A stretch of DNA of 64,000 bases from Eledone cirrhosa. Lineage: Eukaryota. The stretch is from assembly GCA_964016885.1 (NCBI GenBank), contig OZ024751.1, positions 1,426,001 to 1,490,000 of the forward strand, given 5' to 3'. Below are positions 50,505 through 64,000 of this stretch, piece after piece. How positions within the stretch are numbered: position 1 is the first letter of the stretch; every line of letters starts with the position of its first letter. A program made the position numbers and the translations under genes. The notes beneath the pieces were generated by a model. It saw only the letters and a list, made by a program, of their open reading frames with translations, had not been told where the DNA came from and made no database searches.

Positions 50505-50690
50505 CTACCACCACACTTCACTCTCCACGCTCCATCACCACACTCCACTCTCCAACCCCACACTCCAATCTCCACCCACACACTCCACTCTCCACCACCA
50601 CACTCTACTCTCCACCCCACACTACACTCTCCACCCACACACTCCACTCTCCACCCCTACACTCCACACTCCATTCTCTACTCTCAAACT
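50505..50690. repeat. C-rich degenerate minisatellite (cacactccactctcc...)
   Basis: Direct reading of the sequence. Confidence 0.8.
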
Positions 50691-50886
50691 TGTGTTAGAT
50701 ATTTATAGATAAGTTAGCGTTTCATATTTAATGCATGACGGCTGGGTAGAGGTGGGGGTAGGACTAGGGGCGGGGGACAGGGATTAGGAAATGGAGGAGA
50801 TGGTGGAGGTGGTGGAGGTTGTGGAGGTGGTGGAGGAGGATTTTATAAAATATGATACATTCCGTGATGAAATCAAGGAATCGAGA

Positions 50887-52905
50887 GAATGGTGGAGTGG
50901 TAGAATGTTGGAATGGTGGAATGGTGGAATGGTAGAATAGTCAAACGGTGGAATGGTGGAACTGTGGAATAGTGGAATGGTGGAATGGTAGAATGGTGGA
51001 ATGGTGGAATGGTGGAATGATGGAATGGTAGAATGGTGGAATGGTGGAATGATAGAATGGTGGAATGGTGCAATGATGGAATGGTAGAATGGTGGAATGG
51101 TGGAATAATAGAATAGTGGAAGGGTAGAATGGTGGAATGGTAGAATGGTAGAATGGTTGACTGGTGGAATGGTAGGATGATAGAATGGAGGAATGATAGA
51201 ATGGTAGAATGGTGGGATGATAGAATGGTGGAACCGTAGGATGGTAGTTTGATGGAATTGTAGAATGGTGGAATGGTGGAATGGTGGAATGGTGGAAATG
51301 TGGAATGGTGGAATGGTGAATGGTGGAATGGTGGAATGGTGGAAGGGTGGCATGGTGGAATGGTGGAATTGTGGAATTGTGGATTGTGGAATGGTGGAAT
51401 GGTGGAATGGTGGAATGATGGAATGTTGAAATGGTGGGATGGTGGAATGGTAGAATAGTGGAATTGTGGAATGCTGGAATGCTGGAACGTTGGAATGGTC
51501 GAATGGTGGAATGGTAGAATGGTGGAATGGTGGGATGGGAGAATGGTGTAGTGGGAGAATAGAGGAATGATAGAATGGTGGAATGGTAGAATGGTGAAAT
51601 GGTCGGATGATATAATGGAGGAATGATAGAATGGTAGATGGTGGAATTGTGAAATGGTAGAATGGTGGAGTGGTGGAATGGTGGAGTTGTAGAATGTTGG
51701 AATGGTGGAATTGTGGAATGGTAGAATGGTGGAATGTTGAAATGGTGGGATGGTGGAATAATGGAATGGTGGGATGGTGGAATGGTGGAATGGTAGAATG
51801 GTAGAATGGAGGAATGAGAGAATGGTAGAATGGTGGAATGATAGAATGGTGGAATAGTGGAATGGTAGAACGGTGGAATGGTGGAATAATAGAATTGTGG
51901 AATGGTGGAATGGTGGAATGGTGGAATGGTGGAATGGTGGACTGGTGGAATGGTGGAGTCGTGGAATGGTGGAATTGTGGAATGGTGGAATGGTGGAATG
52001 GTGGAATGGTGGAGTCGTGGAATGGTGGAATTGTGGAATTGTAGAATGGTTGAATGATAGAATGGTGGAATGGTATAATGGTGGAATGGAAGAATTGTGG
52101 AATGGGGGAATGATTGAATGGTGGAATGGTGGAATGGTGGAATGGAGTGATGGCGGAATTGTGGAATGGTAGAATGGTGGAATGTTAGAATGGTGGAATG
52201 TTAGAATGGTGGAATGTTGGAATGGTAGAATGGTGAAATGTTAGAAAGGTAGAATGGTGGCTTGGTGGAATGGTGGACTGGTGGAATGGTGGAATTTTGG
52301 AATGTTGAAATGGTGGAATGGTGGAATGGTGGTGGAATGGTAAAATGGTGGAATGGCAACGGTAGAATTGTGGAATAGTGGATGGTAGAATGGTGGAATG
52401 GTGAAATTGTGGAATGGTAGAATGGTAGAGTGGTGGAATGGTTGAATGGTAGAATGGTGAAATGGTGGAATGGTGGAATGGTTGAATAGTGGAATGGTAG
52501 AATGGTGGAATGGTGGAATGTTAGAATGGTGGAATGGTGGAATGGTGGAATGGTGGAATGGTGGAATGTTAGAATGGTGGAATTGTCGAATGGTGAAATG
52601 GTGGAATGGTGGAATGGTGGAATGGTGCAATGGTGGAATGGTAGAATGGTGGGATGGTGGAATGGTAGAATGGTGGAATGGTGGAATGGTGCAATGGTGG
52701 AATGGTGGAATTGTCGAATGGTGAAATGGTGGAATGGTGGAATGGTGGAATGATAGAATGGTGGAATGGTAGAATGTTGGAATGGTGGAATGGTAGAATG
52801 AGAGAATGGTTGAATTGTGGAATGGTGGAATGGTGGATTGGTGGAATGGTAGAATGGTGGAATGGTAGAATGGTAAAACTGTGGAATGGTGGAATGGTGG
52901 AATGG
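50887..52905 (+). repeat. ~2 kb degenerate 8-bp satellite (GGAATGGT)n / (AGAATGGT)n
   Basis: An 8-nt period is visible throughout. The HHSTIPPF and MVEWWNGG ORFs are artefacts of it. Confidence 0.97.
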
Positions 52906-52984
52906 TACGTACATGCTAGAAGGATTGGAAAACAGTTTCTCTGATTTACAGAACGTTTATTTACTCACGATATATATTGTTTGT

Positions 52985-53323
52985 GGATTGGCACTATCGG
53001 TAGAGGGTCGGACGCCATGCTTTCCAGCATAGTTACGTCCCTTTACGATCTGAGTTCAAATCCCGCCGAGGTTGACTTTGCCTTTCATCCTTACGGGGTC
53101 GATAAAATAAAGTACCAGTAATGAACTGGGTATTTGCTGGCCTTGTGCCTAAAGTAGAAACAGATATATATTGTTTGTTGAAGGGGGAACAAATACTGGT
53201 TTATAATAATTGTTTCTACTTTTGGCACAAGGTCAGCAAATCACCAGTACATTACTGGTACTTTATTTTATCGACCCCGTAAGGATGAAAGGCAAAGTTG
53301 GCCTCGGCGGGATTTGAACTCAG
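52985..53323. mobile_element. Tail-to-tail inverted SINE pair
   Basis: 53049-53162 is a near reverse complement of 53210-53323. Confidence 0.8.
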
Positions 53324-53371
53324 AAAAATAATGTCATGTAGTGGTAGGTGGTAGGGCTGCTTATATAATAT

Positions 53372-54060
53372 ATGTTCTCTGGAGTAGTGATGGAAACCAG
53401 AATTGCTCCAAACTATGCCAACTTGTTTCTTGGCTACCTCGAAGCCCAGATCTTCTCCCAGCACGCTGAACCAACTCCTGAGCTATACGGTTGTTATATC
53501 AACGACTGTATCGGCGCCACCTCTCTATCACAAGAACAGCTCGACTGTTTTCTTTCTTTTGTCCAATCTTTCCATCCTGCTCTCAATTTCACCGCCTCCG
53601 TCTCCGATTCTTCTCTCGCTTTTCTAGATATCTCTCTATCTAGCAATCACTCTCACCATACCCTCTCTACTTCCATCTTCATTAAAAAAATAGACTTCCA
53701 ATCTTACCTCGACTTCACCTCCTCCCATCCAACCCATACCAAACTCTCCATACCCGATTCCCAATTCCTCCGGCTTCGTCGACTCTGTAGCCAGGACGTC
53801 GATTTCAAAACCCAATCCCTTCACATGGCTTCCCGCTTCATCCAGCATGGATATGACCCCAGCCTGATACAAGCTGCTTATACCCGCGCCCGTGAAACAA
53901 GCCGCACTACATCCCTCTTACTTCACCAAAACCCGTGTTCCTTTCCCTCTCATCTACCACCCCTACCACTCTGGCGACATATCCTCTGGCGACATATCCT
54001 CCGTTCCTTCCGTATCCTCTCTAATAACCCGTCCATTATCACACCCCTAGATTCCTATGG
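53372..54060 (+). mobile_element. Decayed PLE RT fragment (Neptune-like)
   Basis: Motifs APNYANLFLG, YINDC (degenerate YIDD), AFLDI, YLDFTSSHP and SQFLRLRRLCS. A hammerhead follows downstream. Confidence 0.8.
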
Positions 54061-54496
54061 CTTCCTCTTGATCATTAGCAGCTTCTCTTACAACTAATAT
54101 ATGCCAACTATATATGCTCACTCCACATTTCCTTTCACTGCTCTGTATTCACACATACACACCCTTCATACTTACATGCACACATCCACTTTTACTCACA
54201 TATACACACACATTTCTTCTTAGCTTCGTACGGACGTATAATAACATACGCATATACACACACACACACACACACAAACACATGCTTACGCACGTGCACA
54301 AGTATAGCTCTTTTTACAAAACGTTGTTGTTCTATTTCAGCTAGACGCGCTCCATCATCAACATATCATACACAAAACGCCAGCACCAACACTTTTCCAT
54401 GAGTTGTCAACATGAATGAACCTGTTATTTTTATCTAAATACATTTTTTCCAATTCCATCCCGCCCCTCCCTTAATATAACTTATTTCTCATTCTT

Positions 54497-54532
54497 TCTT
54501 CTGATGAAGGACTAGCGTCCGAAACGTTAAGA
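54497..54532 (+). ncRNA. Minimal hammerhead ribozyme (dimer type)
   Basis: tctt-CTGATGA-a ggac tagc gtcc-GAAACGTT-aaga, with a palindromic ACGT stem III. Confidence 0.75.
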
Positions 54533-54613
54533 CGCTCTTGCTGCTATATCAAGCGTTAATCTTATATATCCCTTCCGTATACTATACCGATTGTGTTGTT
54601 ATTTATGTTTACC

Positions 54614-54722
<109 letters not shown>

Positions 54723-54801
54723 AATATATATATATATATGACCCTCCCAAAGCATAACAATATCGGTTTCAATACACGTTTTCAGATAAATAATCTTGCT
54801 A

Positions 54802-54849
<48 letters not shown>

Positions 54850-54852
<3 letters not shown>

Positions 54853-55203
54853 ATGAATATAAAATGAAAGTGCTTTTATAAAGGAATTTATTAGGTATTG
54901 ACATATGTTTCTGTAACAGACGGAATACCTATGTATCGCTGCTTGCGTAATCATATAATGTTAGCAAGTATTCGATAGCAAATGTATAATCAGTTGTCAC
55001 TTCTTCAGAGATATTGGATAAATTAATCGATAAATTAAACTTCTCTGAAGAAGTGACAACTGATTATACATTTGCTATCGAATACTTGCTAACATTATAT
55101 GATTACGCAAGCAGCGATACATAGGTATTCCGTCTGTTACAGAAACATATGCCAATACCTAATAAATTCCTTGATAAAAGCACTTTCATTTTATATTCAT
55201 CTT
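54850..55203. repeat. Fold-back element with ~161-bp near-perfect inverted arms and a 30-nt spacer, in (TA)n
   Basis: 54850-55011 is the near reverse complement of 55042-55203. Confidence 0.9.
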
Positions 55204-55307
55204 TTCTACATTTTCTCCGGAATATAATTTATACTCGTTGAGCAAACCTACACGTACGTTGTTCATCTCTAACGTGACGATATATTATCACTACATTATT
55301 GATAGCT

Positions 55308-55355
<48 letters not shown>

Positions 55356-55594
55356 TTTGATAACATAGATAGGTTTCGTCCAATATTAGTCCATTCCACT
55401 TCTAACTTAACTGCACCATCATGTATAATTTATAGAATTGTATAAAAGTACACCCTATATGTACACACACACACACACAAACAAACAAACAAACAAACAA
55501 ACAAACCCATATATATATATATACATGCATATACACTGACAAATATATATATATATATATATATTATGTATGTGTGTATGTATATATGTGTGTT

Positions 55595-55632
<38 letters not shown>

Positions 55633-55991
55633 TATGTATACGTACATACATATATGTATACAGACGTACAGTGGTATGTATATATATACATACATGCACA
55701 CATATATATATGTACGTATGGATTTACTGAACATTTATTATAATGCGCGGTGTGTTTGTAAACAAACATCCCGAATTAAGCCGTACAGTGTTTAGCAACC
55801 ATCGTTGCTCTTTTGTTCAACACTGACAAAGGAACGCTGTACTAGTTTCAAGGATTTAAACCTCTCCGACACTAATTTGCATAATAGACCAATAATAAAA
55901 TTAGTAACCCCACTATCCGGGAGCTTCCAACCGACATGGTCGCATTCGTTAAGGGTATGTCAATATTTGTTTATAAAACTGATCTATATTA

Positions 55992-56056
55992 TATTTTATC
56001 TGATGAAAGCTCACAATAATTTGCTTTGGTGTCCTTGAAATATGTATAATGAAATA
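55992..56056 (+). ncRNA. Type I hammerhead ribozyme (AUA family, related to 848-910)
   Basis: tattttat-CTGATGA-aag..ctt-GAAA TATGTAT A-atgaaata. Confidence 0.75.
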
Positions 56057-56199
56057 AATATGGTTTTATAAATATAGTTTCCATTTGTTAATATATTGTA
56101 TTTTTACTCCAATAATTTGTTGAGTGCTTTATATCAATTATAAAAATATTTGCTTGTTGTATCCCAACAAATTAAATATAAGTTCTACATATATATATA

Positions 56200-57303
56200 T
56201 TTATTAAAATAAGAGATTAAAATTTAAGCAAAGAATCGCTGCTTTCACCTTTAACGGGATCTTCTGAAACTAAAAAATAAATCTGTGAACGCAGAAGTAA
56301 ATATTTCGGAAAAAATTGCAACCGAAGGAAGACAGGAAGACGATACTTTGGTTCGTGGAAGCGTTCCCTAGTAAAGAACGAAAAAATACGAAGATAATAC
56401 GTCATTATTTGGACCGGTGAAAACAATTATACGCAAAGACAAAACCACGTTTATGGTATAAATGAAGTCGTAGACTAATATTCTATTAGGTGGTTCGTGG
56501 AGACGTTCTCTGGCGATGAACGGAAAAAACGAAGATAATACGTCATTATGTGGAGCGGTGAGAACAATTACACGCAAAGACAAAAACACGTAAATGGTAT
56601 AACTGAAGTCGTAGACTAAAATTCTATTAGGAAACTGAATGATTCTCGGCTTCAGAGTTAAGAATAAAGTAAATAAATTACAGAGGTAAATGAAATTAAA
56701 TATATACATGCACGCATCCATATACGTACATACACATGCATACTCGAAAACACTCGCCATGGGTATGCAAATACAAGCACGTACACAAAAAAACACGCAC
56801 GGACGTACAGAACCCACGCAACGCCTGTACCCACACACATACGAACATATACACCAAAACACATAAACATATATATAAAAATATATATATATATATATGT
56901 GTGTGTGTGCGTGTATACGTATAATTATATAAACGTATATAAATATAAACACAAAAATATGTATATAACGCGTGCACACACATACCTACATGTAAATACA
57001 CATATGTTCGCAGACGTACGTCAAGCAAAACACAAAGTACACCTATACACATACGCTACATACGTGCGAATCCGCATACTCACACAGACGCAAAACTCAC
57101 GTATACACATAACCATATGCTCATGCACCAGTCTATATAATATAATATATACGCCTATAACATATACAAACAAATATACGTACTAGAAAGTATAAACATA
57201 CAGGTAATATATATTTACCTCTACATGCTACAAATATTTGCTCTACGGTTCTTATATATTTGATATATATTTATCCTTATCGAGCCCTCTTTGGATTTTA
57301 GTT
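56200..57303 (-). mobile_element. PLE pseudo-LTR/3' region copy with a variant hammerhead (56222-56270) and an inverted head fragment (57233-57303)
   Basis: Homologous to 13040-13950 and 48530-49450, with an internal ~140-bp tandem duplication. Confidence 0.8.
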
Positions 57304-57419
57304 TATATATATATATATATATAATTAAAGGTTAAACAAGGTTCAATGAATAAATCAATGAATAAAGTTTCACAATAGATTAGAAGTATTCCACAGGAAT
57401 GGTTTTCTGGAGTTATTAA

Positions 57420-59693
57420 TATTAATTTAAAATATTAACAAATATAGACATTCATGTGAGCAAGTATATTTTATTATACATATTTCAGAGGTACTGAGCT
57501 ATTTTCAACAGACTTGATAGTGCTTAAATTAATGTTATTGTTATTCCCAGTATTAATATTGTTAGTGTTAGTATAGTCATTATCCCTAATTGTTTGTTGG
57601 TTATGATTTAGAATTCTAGTATTTATTTTTGCAAAGTTCTGGGCCATATTCATAGTTGTAGAATAAGAAAGCTTAATTGTGTGTCTGTTGAATATGGAAC
57701 GGTACTTATGTTTTTTGGGAAAACATTTATCTAAAGCTTTAAAGAATAGATTTGCCAGTGGTGTTTTGATTGCTACAGACGCGGGAGGAGCAAACCATAG
57801 AACTGATTTAGTTCTGATTTTTTTCCCCGATTTATTCACGGCATTGGTGTTTGTATTTATATTTAAATGATTTTTAGAATCTAGTTTATTTATGTCAGTC
57901 GTATTTTTACCCGGTTTATAATTCAAATTAGTATTATCCATATATTCAATATTATTTTTATAACCTGCCTTACGTAGCGCCTCATTATAGTATCCAGCTT
58001 TTTCATCAAAAATGGATTTATTAGCGGATATTCTAGTTATGCGTTTCTGGACACTATTGACTATTGCATTTTTCGCGGATTTCGGGTGATTAGAGTAATA
58101 GCTAACGTAATTTAAGTTTTCATTAGGCTTATGGAAAGCGTAATAAAATCCTGAGTTTAAGTTAAGGGTGACGTCAAGGAAATTAACTATTTTAGTACTA
58201 CTTTCAACTTCTAATTTAAGGTAATTTTTAAAGAATTCAATTATAGTTTTCTTAACCCTATTTAGTTCTGTATTGCTATGCTTGACAACAGTAAATAAAA
58301 TATCGCCCCTATATAAACCACCGCTAATCTCCGGCAGTTTTCTATTTACCATATTTAGGATAAAAATATATTTTTAAATTATATAGCTTATATATTTGAC
58401 ACTTATATGGACTCGTAAACCATTCATTTATTTATTTTGAATCTGTGTTTTATGATTCAAGAAGCTTGATTTGTATATTTATAGTATATATGTCTTACAT
58501 GATCCTAGTTGACTAATTTTTTCCACTTAACTTGATGTAAAACTTTATTTATAGCACTATTAACAGTAATTATATTTATTATATTATATATAACTGACTA
58601 ATATCGTCTTAAACTTTAAACAATATACTATTTGTATAAATTTAAACAAATGCGTATATCTAGTTTAATAATATCCTTTTTAAGTACATCTATATGGCTT
58701 TTGGATACTTAAGGGCATTCTAATTTTAATTATAATTATTTTCTAAATTATATAATGATTATTTTTTAATATAATTTTTTAATATAATCTTTTAATATAA
58801 TTTAATTTGGATTACCTTCGGGTTGATGAAAATCTTAAGTCTTTTCTTTCTCATGTTTGCAAACACTTTAAATATGGTATTATACTATAATATAAATCCT
58901 TATAAATTTTATAGTCAGAAATGTTATGCCATTAGATTAATTCACTATTTCTAACTAACATAAATATTCGAAATTTAATTGACTATTTATAATTAACTTA
59001 AGGATTCGAAAATAAACCGTCATATAACTACACCCAAATATATATTTGATGTTTTCATTAATTGACTATTTCTAACTAATTTAAGGATTCGAAATTAATC
59101 ATTCACCAAGCTATGCCCAAATATATATTTATATATATATTTTTACATTATCTAATTATACGCTGTTTATCCATGACAATACAAGTCTCCCTCCCTGTGT
59201 TTTAGACTATAAAACTTTTTTTTCTCCTCTTCTCTCTATCCTTAATCAATTTTCTTTTGCTTTCGTACATAAGATACTTCTATATTTCTAGTCATTCTCT
59301 CTTTCTTCACCTGTTTCTTTCTCTGTCTTTCACTTCCTCTTTCTACAATAATGTGTTATCCATATATTACTTTATTTAAATTATTTAAATTTCTAACAGT
59401 TATGTAGGTTTATATTATATTAATAGTTATTTATTATTATGTATCTTTATAAGCTTTCTCACCCGCACCCTCTGTATTATATGTCTCAATCGTAAGGTAT
59501 ATAAATATTGAGTTTTGATCTAACTTATTCACTGCCATGACTGAATTTTAACCATCAACATAGTCAAGGTATGTCAAGAAACAACTTATATTATCTGATG
59601 AGGACGTACTGTTGAAAATAGCTCAGTACCTCTGAAATATGTATAATAAAATATACTTGATCACATGAATGTCTATATTTGTTAATATTTTGA

Positions 59694-59697
<4 letters not shown>
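57420..59697. mobile_element. Rearranged PLE: RT fragment on - (57512-58355), 3' region on +, and ~90-bp terminal inverted repeats
   Basis: The protein resembles that at 2500-3150 (GGLY, FLDVTLNL, SNHP, KTPLA.LFFKALDKCFPK, SIFNRHTIKLSYSTTMN). 57420-57511 is the reverse complement of 59609-59697. Confidence 0.85.
59587..59653 (+). ncRNA. Type I hammerhead ribozyme with an extended stem II
   Basis: tatattat-CTGATGA-ggac gtactg(loop)cagtac ctct-GAAA TATGTAT A-ataaaata. A degenerate copy with core CTGACTA lies at 60747-60813 (-). Confidence 0.7.
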
Positions 59698-59731
<34 letters not shown>

Positions 59732-59871
59732 TAAAATAACAGATTAATATTTGCTCTACGGTTCTTATATATTTGATATATATTTATCCTTATCGAGCCC
59801 TCTTTGGCTTTTAGTCTTCAAATTTATTATTATTACTATATATATATATACACACATATATATATATATAT

Positions 59872-60180
59872 ATAATAACTAGAAATTGATTAACATATAA
59901 ATATACATGAATAATCACAGGAGATAATTTTAGCCAGCGTGTAACCACGCATAACTTGTTACACTTTCCTTGTTGACAATCCAATAATATCCACTTTCCG
60001 TGACTTACCATCTGATTAATTGGTGAAATATATTTCTTTAATGGGATATATACAAGGAAGGTTAATCATACTTTAAGGTAAATATTACCTATACTAGCTA
60101 TGCGTGGTTACACGCGGGCTAAAATTATCTCCTGTGATTATTCATGTATATTTATATGTTAATCAATTTCTAGTTATTAT
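59872..60180. repeat. Inverted repeat with 82-bp arms
   Basis: 59872-59953 pairs with 60099-60180. The same family occurs at 61442-62160. Confidence 0.85.
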
Positions 60181-60292
60181 TGTATGCTCAGACTTATCTT
60201 AGAGCTTAATTTCCAGGATGTATGGCGCATGTTTATGACATGACACCCACAATTTCGATTTAGATTAAATTCATTTAATTTATCTTAATTTT

Positions 60293-60366
<74 letters not shown>

Positions 60367-60586
60367 GCGCGTGGCTGAATCGTTAGAGAATAATATATAT
60401 GGAGAATAGAAATGGGTGGGTAGTTGCTATTTAAGGTAACTTAAAATGCAATGGGAGTACGAAGTATATTATATTAGATTATCGATATAAAAGACACCGA
60501 AGCGAAAAGCGAAAACCAACCAAACAGTGAGTGTGTTCTGTTATTAATTCTGGCAATATTACACAAATATGACCCTCCCCAAGTAT

Positions 60587-60663
<77 letters not shown>

Positions 60664-61325
60664 CATATATATATACATATACTCTCTCTCTCTATATATA
60701 TATTAATTCAAAATATTAACAAAATAGATATTCTTGTGATCAATTATATTTTATTATACATATTTCAGAGGTACTGAGTTAAGTTCAACAGTACGTCCTA
60801 GTCAGATAAAATAAAATGATACATGACATACCCTGACATAGTAGATGGTTAAGATTCAATCAAGGTAGTGATTAACTTATGACAAAAGTCAATATTTATA
60901 CCCTAATATTGAGAACATGAGATAACGTAATACAAACAATATTGAGAGTGTATGTAATAGATTTTAAGAAATACATGGCATCAATATAACAGTTGTAAAA
61001 ATTTTTAATTTTTTAAAATCTACTAGAGAAAGAGGAGGGAAAAGAAAGCATAGAGAAAGAAACAGCTGATGTGATATATTTAGTAAGTGGCTTGAGAAGA
61101 CAGATGAAAGATGATTAAAGAGAGAGAGAGACAAAGGGGAGTCATTTATGTTCAAGTTTCTATACACACAGAATTCTATATAATATAGTTGGCGGTTAAT
61201 TTTCAAAATATTTAATTTATGTTATTTCAGGGTAAGTAATAACATAAATTAAATAACATTCAAAAGAAGTAACATTCAAACACCAACCAGATGTGAGAAA
61301 AACCACAAACCCTCCATCTCAATTG

Positions 61326-61365
61326 TACTTTTGAAAAGCAGAAGAACTGCGAAACCGGTAAAGTA
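61326..61365 (+). ncRNA. Hammerhead-like motif with a variant core (TTGAAAA)
   Basis: tactt-TTGAAAA-gcag aagaa ctgc-GAAAC cg GTA-aagta. All three stems are perfectly paired. Confidence 0.6.
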
Positions 61366-62281
61366 AACAAATAAATATATTTTTATAAAAAAAGACTCCA
61401 GTTGCATTTTCGATTTCATCCTTTTTCCTTATATATATATATATCAACTAGAAATAGATTGACATATATATATATATATAAAATAAACATACGAAACAAT
61501 CACAGGGAATAATTTGTAAAGAATGTAAGCACACATAGCTAGGTAGGTAACTAATTAGAGTTTAACTAGAGCTTCAAATATAGATATCTTTTAAAATGAT
61601 TAATCTCCTTTGTATATATTTCTTTAAGTAAGAAATATATTTCACCTATTAAACCGTAAATCACAGCAGTTAAATTCTTGGATGTTCACCAAAGGAGAAG
61701 AACCATCTGCGTTTACAAAGGAAATGCAAATCTGTGAATGACTCGAACCACGTGTTGCATTTTTTTTAAAATACACACATTGCACAACGTCATCCCAGTG
61801 GCGTAAATAGGACCATCGACAGCCAGAAATAGCAGCCGAGCCTATTCAACTGAATTAGCTCAACAATCAAGGGGCCGTATATATATATGCAAAATTAAAA
61901 TTAAGGGTTGTCATGTCTGAGAGACATGCGCCATATCCACTGTAGAATAAGCTCAAAGATTAGATCAGAGCATTACATATCAACTAGAAATAGATTGACA
62001 TATATATATATAAAATAAACATATGAAACAATCACAGGGAATAATTTGTAAAGAATGTAAGCACACATAGCTAGGTAGGTAACTAATCTTTGAGCTTATT
62101 CTACGGTGGATATGGCGCATGTCTCTCAGACATGACAACCCTCAATTTTAATTTTGGATATATATATATATATATATCCTTGAGCAAGACACTTTATTTC
62201 ACGTTGCCCCTCTACACGGAGTTGCGACCGATATTAGCAATTGGAAGGACCATCGGAAACAGTGTTTCCTCGGTCGGATTT

Positions 62282-62330
<49 letters not shown>

Positions 62331-62331
62331 G

Positions 62332-62829
<498 letters not shown>

Positions 62830-63298
62830 AGGTTTATTATTGGTTGTGTCAAACGGTCCAATAAACTTTTGTTAGCAATATTAAGTTCTCCACGCTTTTG
62901 TATATCTCCAATTCCATTTATGGGAAGAGCTAGATGATGTAAAACGGAGTATTTGTATCAAAATAAAGATCCGAAGGCATGGTATAAATTTCCAATCATT
63001 TTAATCACGACACATGTTTCAATAAGATATAGATCGATCGTGTAGCCATGCGTCGGTGTGTGTGAGTGTGTATGTACCCACTCACATTAACTGTGACCGA
63101 CTGTAATTCTACAGATTTGATTGATGTCCAGCGTCTTTTACAGCTATTGACAGATAGAGACTTGATAGTTTTATGACCCTAACTGAAGACGATAGCAGTC
63201 GTCGTGTTCTGACTCCTTGATCTTCATATGAGGGACTAAACTCTGTGAGTAAACATTAATTTTCTCCCTCATATCAAGGATTTGAAGCCAATTCTTTT

Positions 63299-63372
63299 TC
63301 ACCTGACGAGATCAGTGATAATCGATCATGGCTACACGATCGATCTATCTCTTATTGAAACATGTGTCGTGA
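63299..63372 (+). ncRNA. Type I hammerhead ribozyme with a long stem II insertion
   Basis: tcac-CTGACGA-(47 nt including the hairpin atcgatc/gatcgat)-GAAAC atgt GTC-gtga. An inverted partial copy lies at 62957-63050. Confidence 0.7.
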
Positions 63373-63845
63373 TTAAAATGATTGGAAATTTATACCATGC
63401 CTTAGGATCTTTATTTTGATATATATATATACATACAAATAAGGATTCAGCGAGAATCGCATTTCGGCAGGCAGGAAAAGCGAAGCAAAACGCAAAAATC
63501 AGAAATGATACTGGCAAAGTGCTCAATAGTTAAAAACCAGAGCTAAACGATGTGAAGAAGCCATACAAAACTGAAAAGGTGGTCAAGAAGGCATTAACCA
63601 CCCAAGCCAAAAACCAAATCAAGCTAAACAGGTCAAAACAAAATAAATATATATATATATATATATTATTATGTAATAAACAACATAAGGCAATTATTCC
63701 ATTTACCAGTGGTTTCTTAAAAGCAAAAGGTTTTGCTTTCAATCCTCAGAATGAAAAAATCCTGGTTTGTTTATTGAATTTGGATCTTAAAAACAAAAAA
63801 AGCAAGCTATATGAAAGTGAGGCTGGAGAAGGAAGAAGGAAAGGG

Positions 63846-63879
<34 letters not shown>

Positions 63880-63903
63880 CTACCCATACAACCACACATA
63901 CAC

Positions 63904-63954
<51 letters not shown>

Positions 63955-63972
63955 TACACACGCGCATACACA

Positions 63973-64000
63973 CGTTATTCCGGGTTGAATCGGAGGCAGC
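63973..64000 (-). mobile_element. 3' terminus of another pseudo-LTR of the GUA-hammerhead PLE family, running off the window
   Basis: cgttattccgggttgaatcggagg is the reverse complement of 12217-12240. Confidence 0.7.

Noticed and set aside
50784-52944. HHSTIPPF / MVEWWNGG repeat proteins
   Set aside because: These are reading frames of the 8-bp satellite, broken by frequent stops.

Overview
This is AT-rich, microsatellite-saturated animal DNA. The SINE and repeat content resembles coleoid cephalopod (octopus-like) genomes, which is an inference. No host gene is supported, and nearly all listed short ORFs are microsatellite or antisense artefacts. The window is a transposon landscape with five main components. 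(1) A ~22 kb array (18.4-40.2 kb) of alternating R4/Dong-type RLE LINEs (+) and Tx1/L1-type APE LINEs (-), joined at (AAT)n tracts. It includes one apparently intact Tx1 and a ~9.4 kb tandem-duplicated Tx1+Dong unit. (2) A very young CsRn1-lineage Gypsy LTR element with 403-bp LTRs differing at one base, a TGCA TSD, a tRNA-Trp PBS and a -1 frameshift signal. (3) Many Penelope-like element (PLE) fragments inserted in (TA)n, with inverted pseudo-LTRs and about 20 type-I hammerhead ribozyme motifs from several families, some with non-canonical cores. (4) A non-autonomous Helitron, a mariner-type MITE and tRNA-derived SINEs. (5) A 2 kb (GGAATGGT)n satellite. The best candidates for novelty are the two LINE clades sharing opposite strands of one microsatellite, a possible 53-nt intron that would fuse Tx1 ORF1 to ORF2 in frame, and the dense, variant, palindromic hammerhead mini-elements. 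All pairings and comparisons were done by eye.
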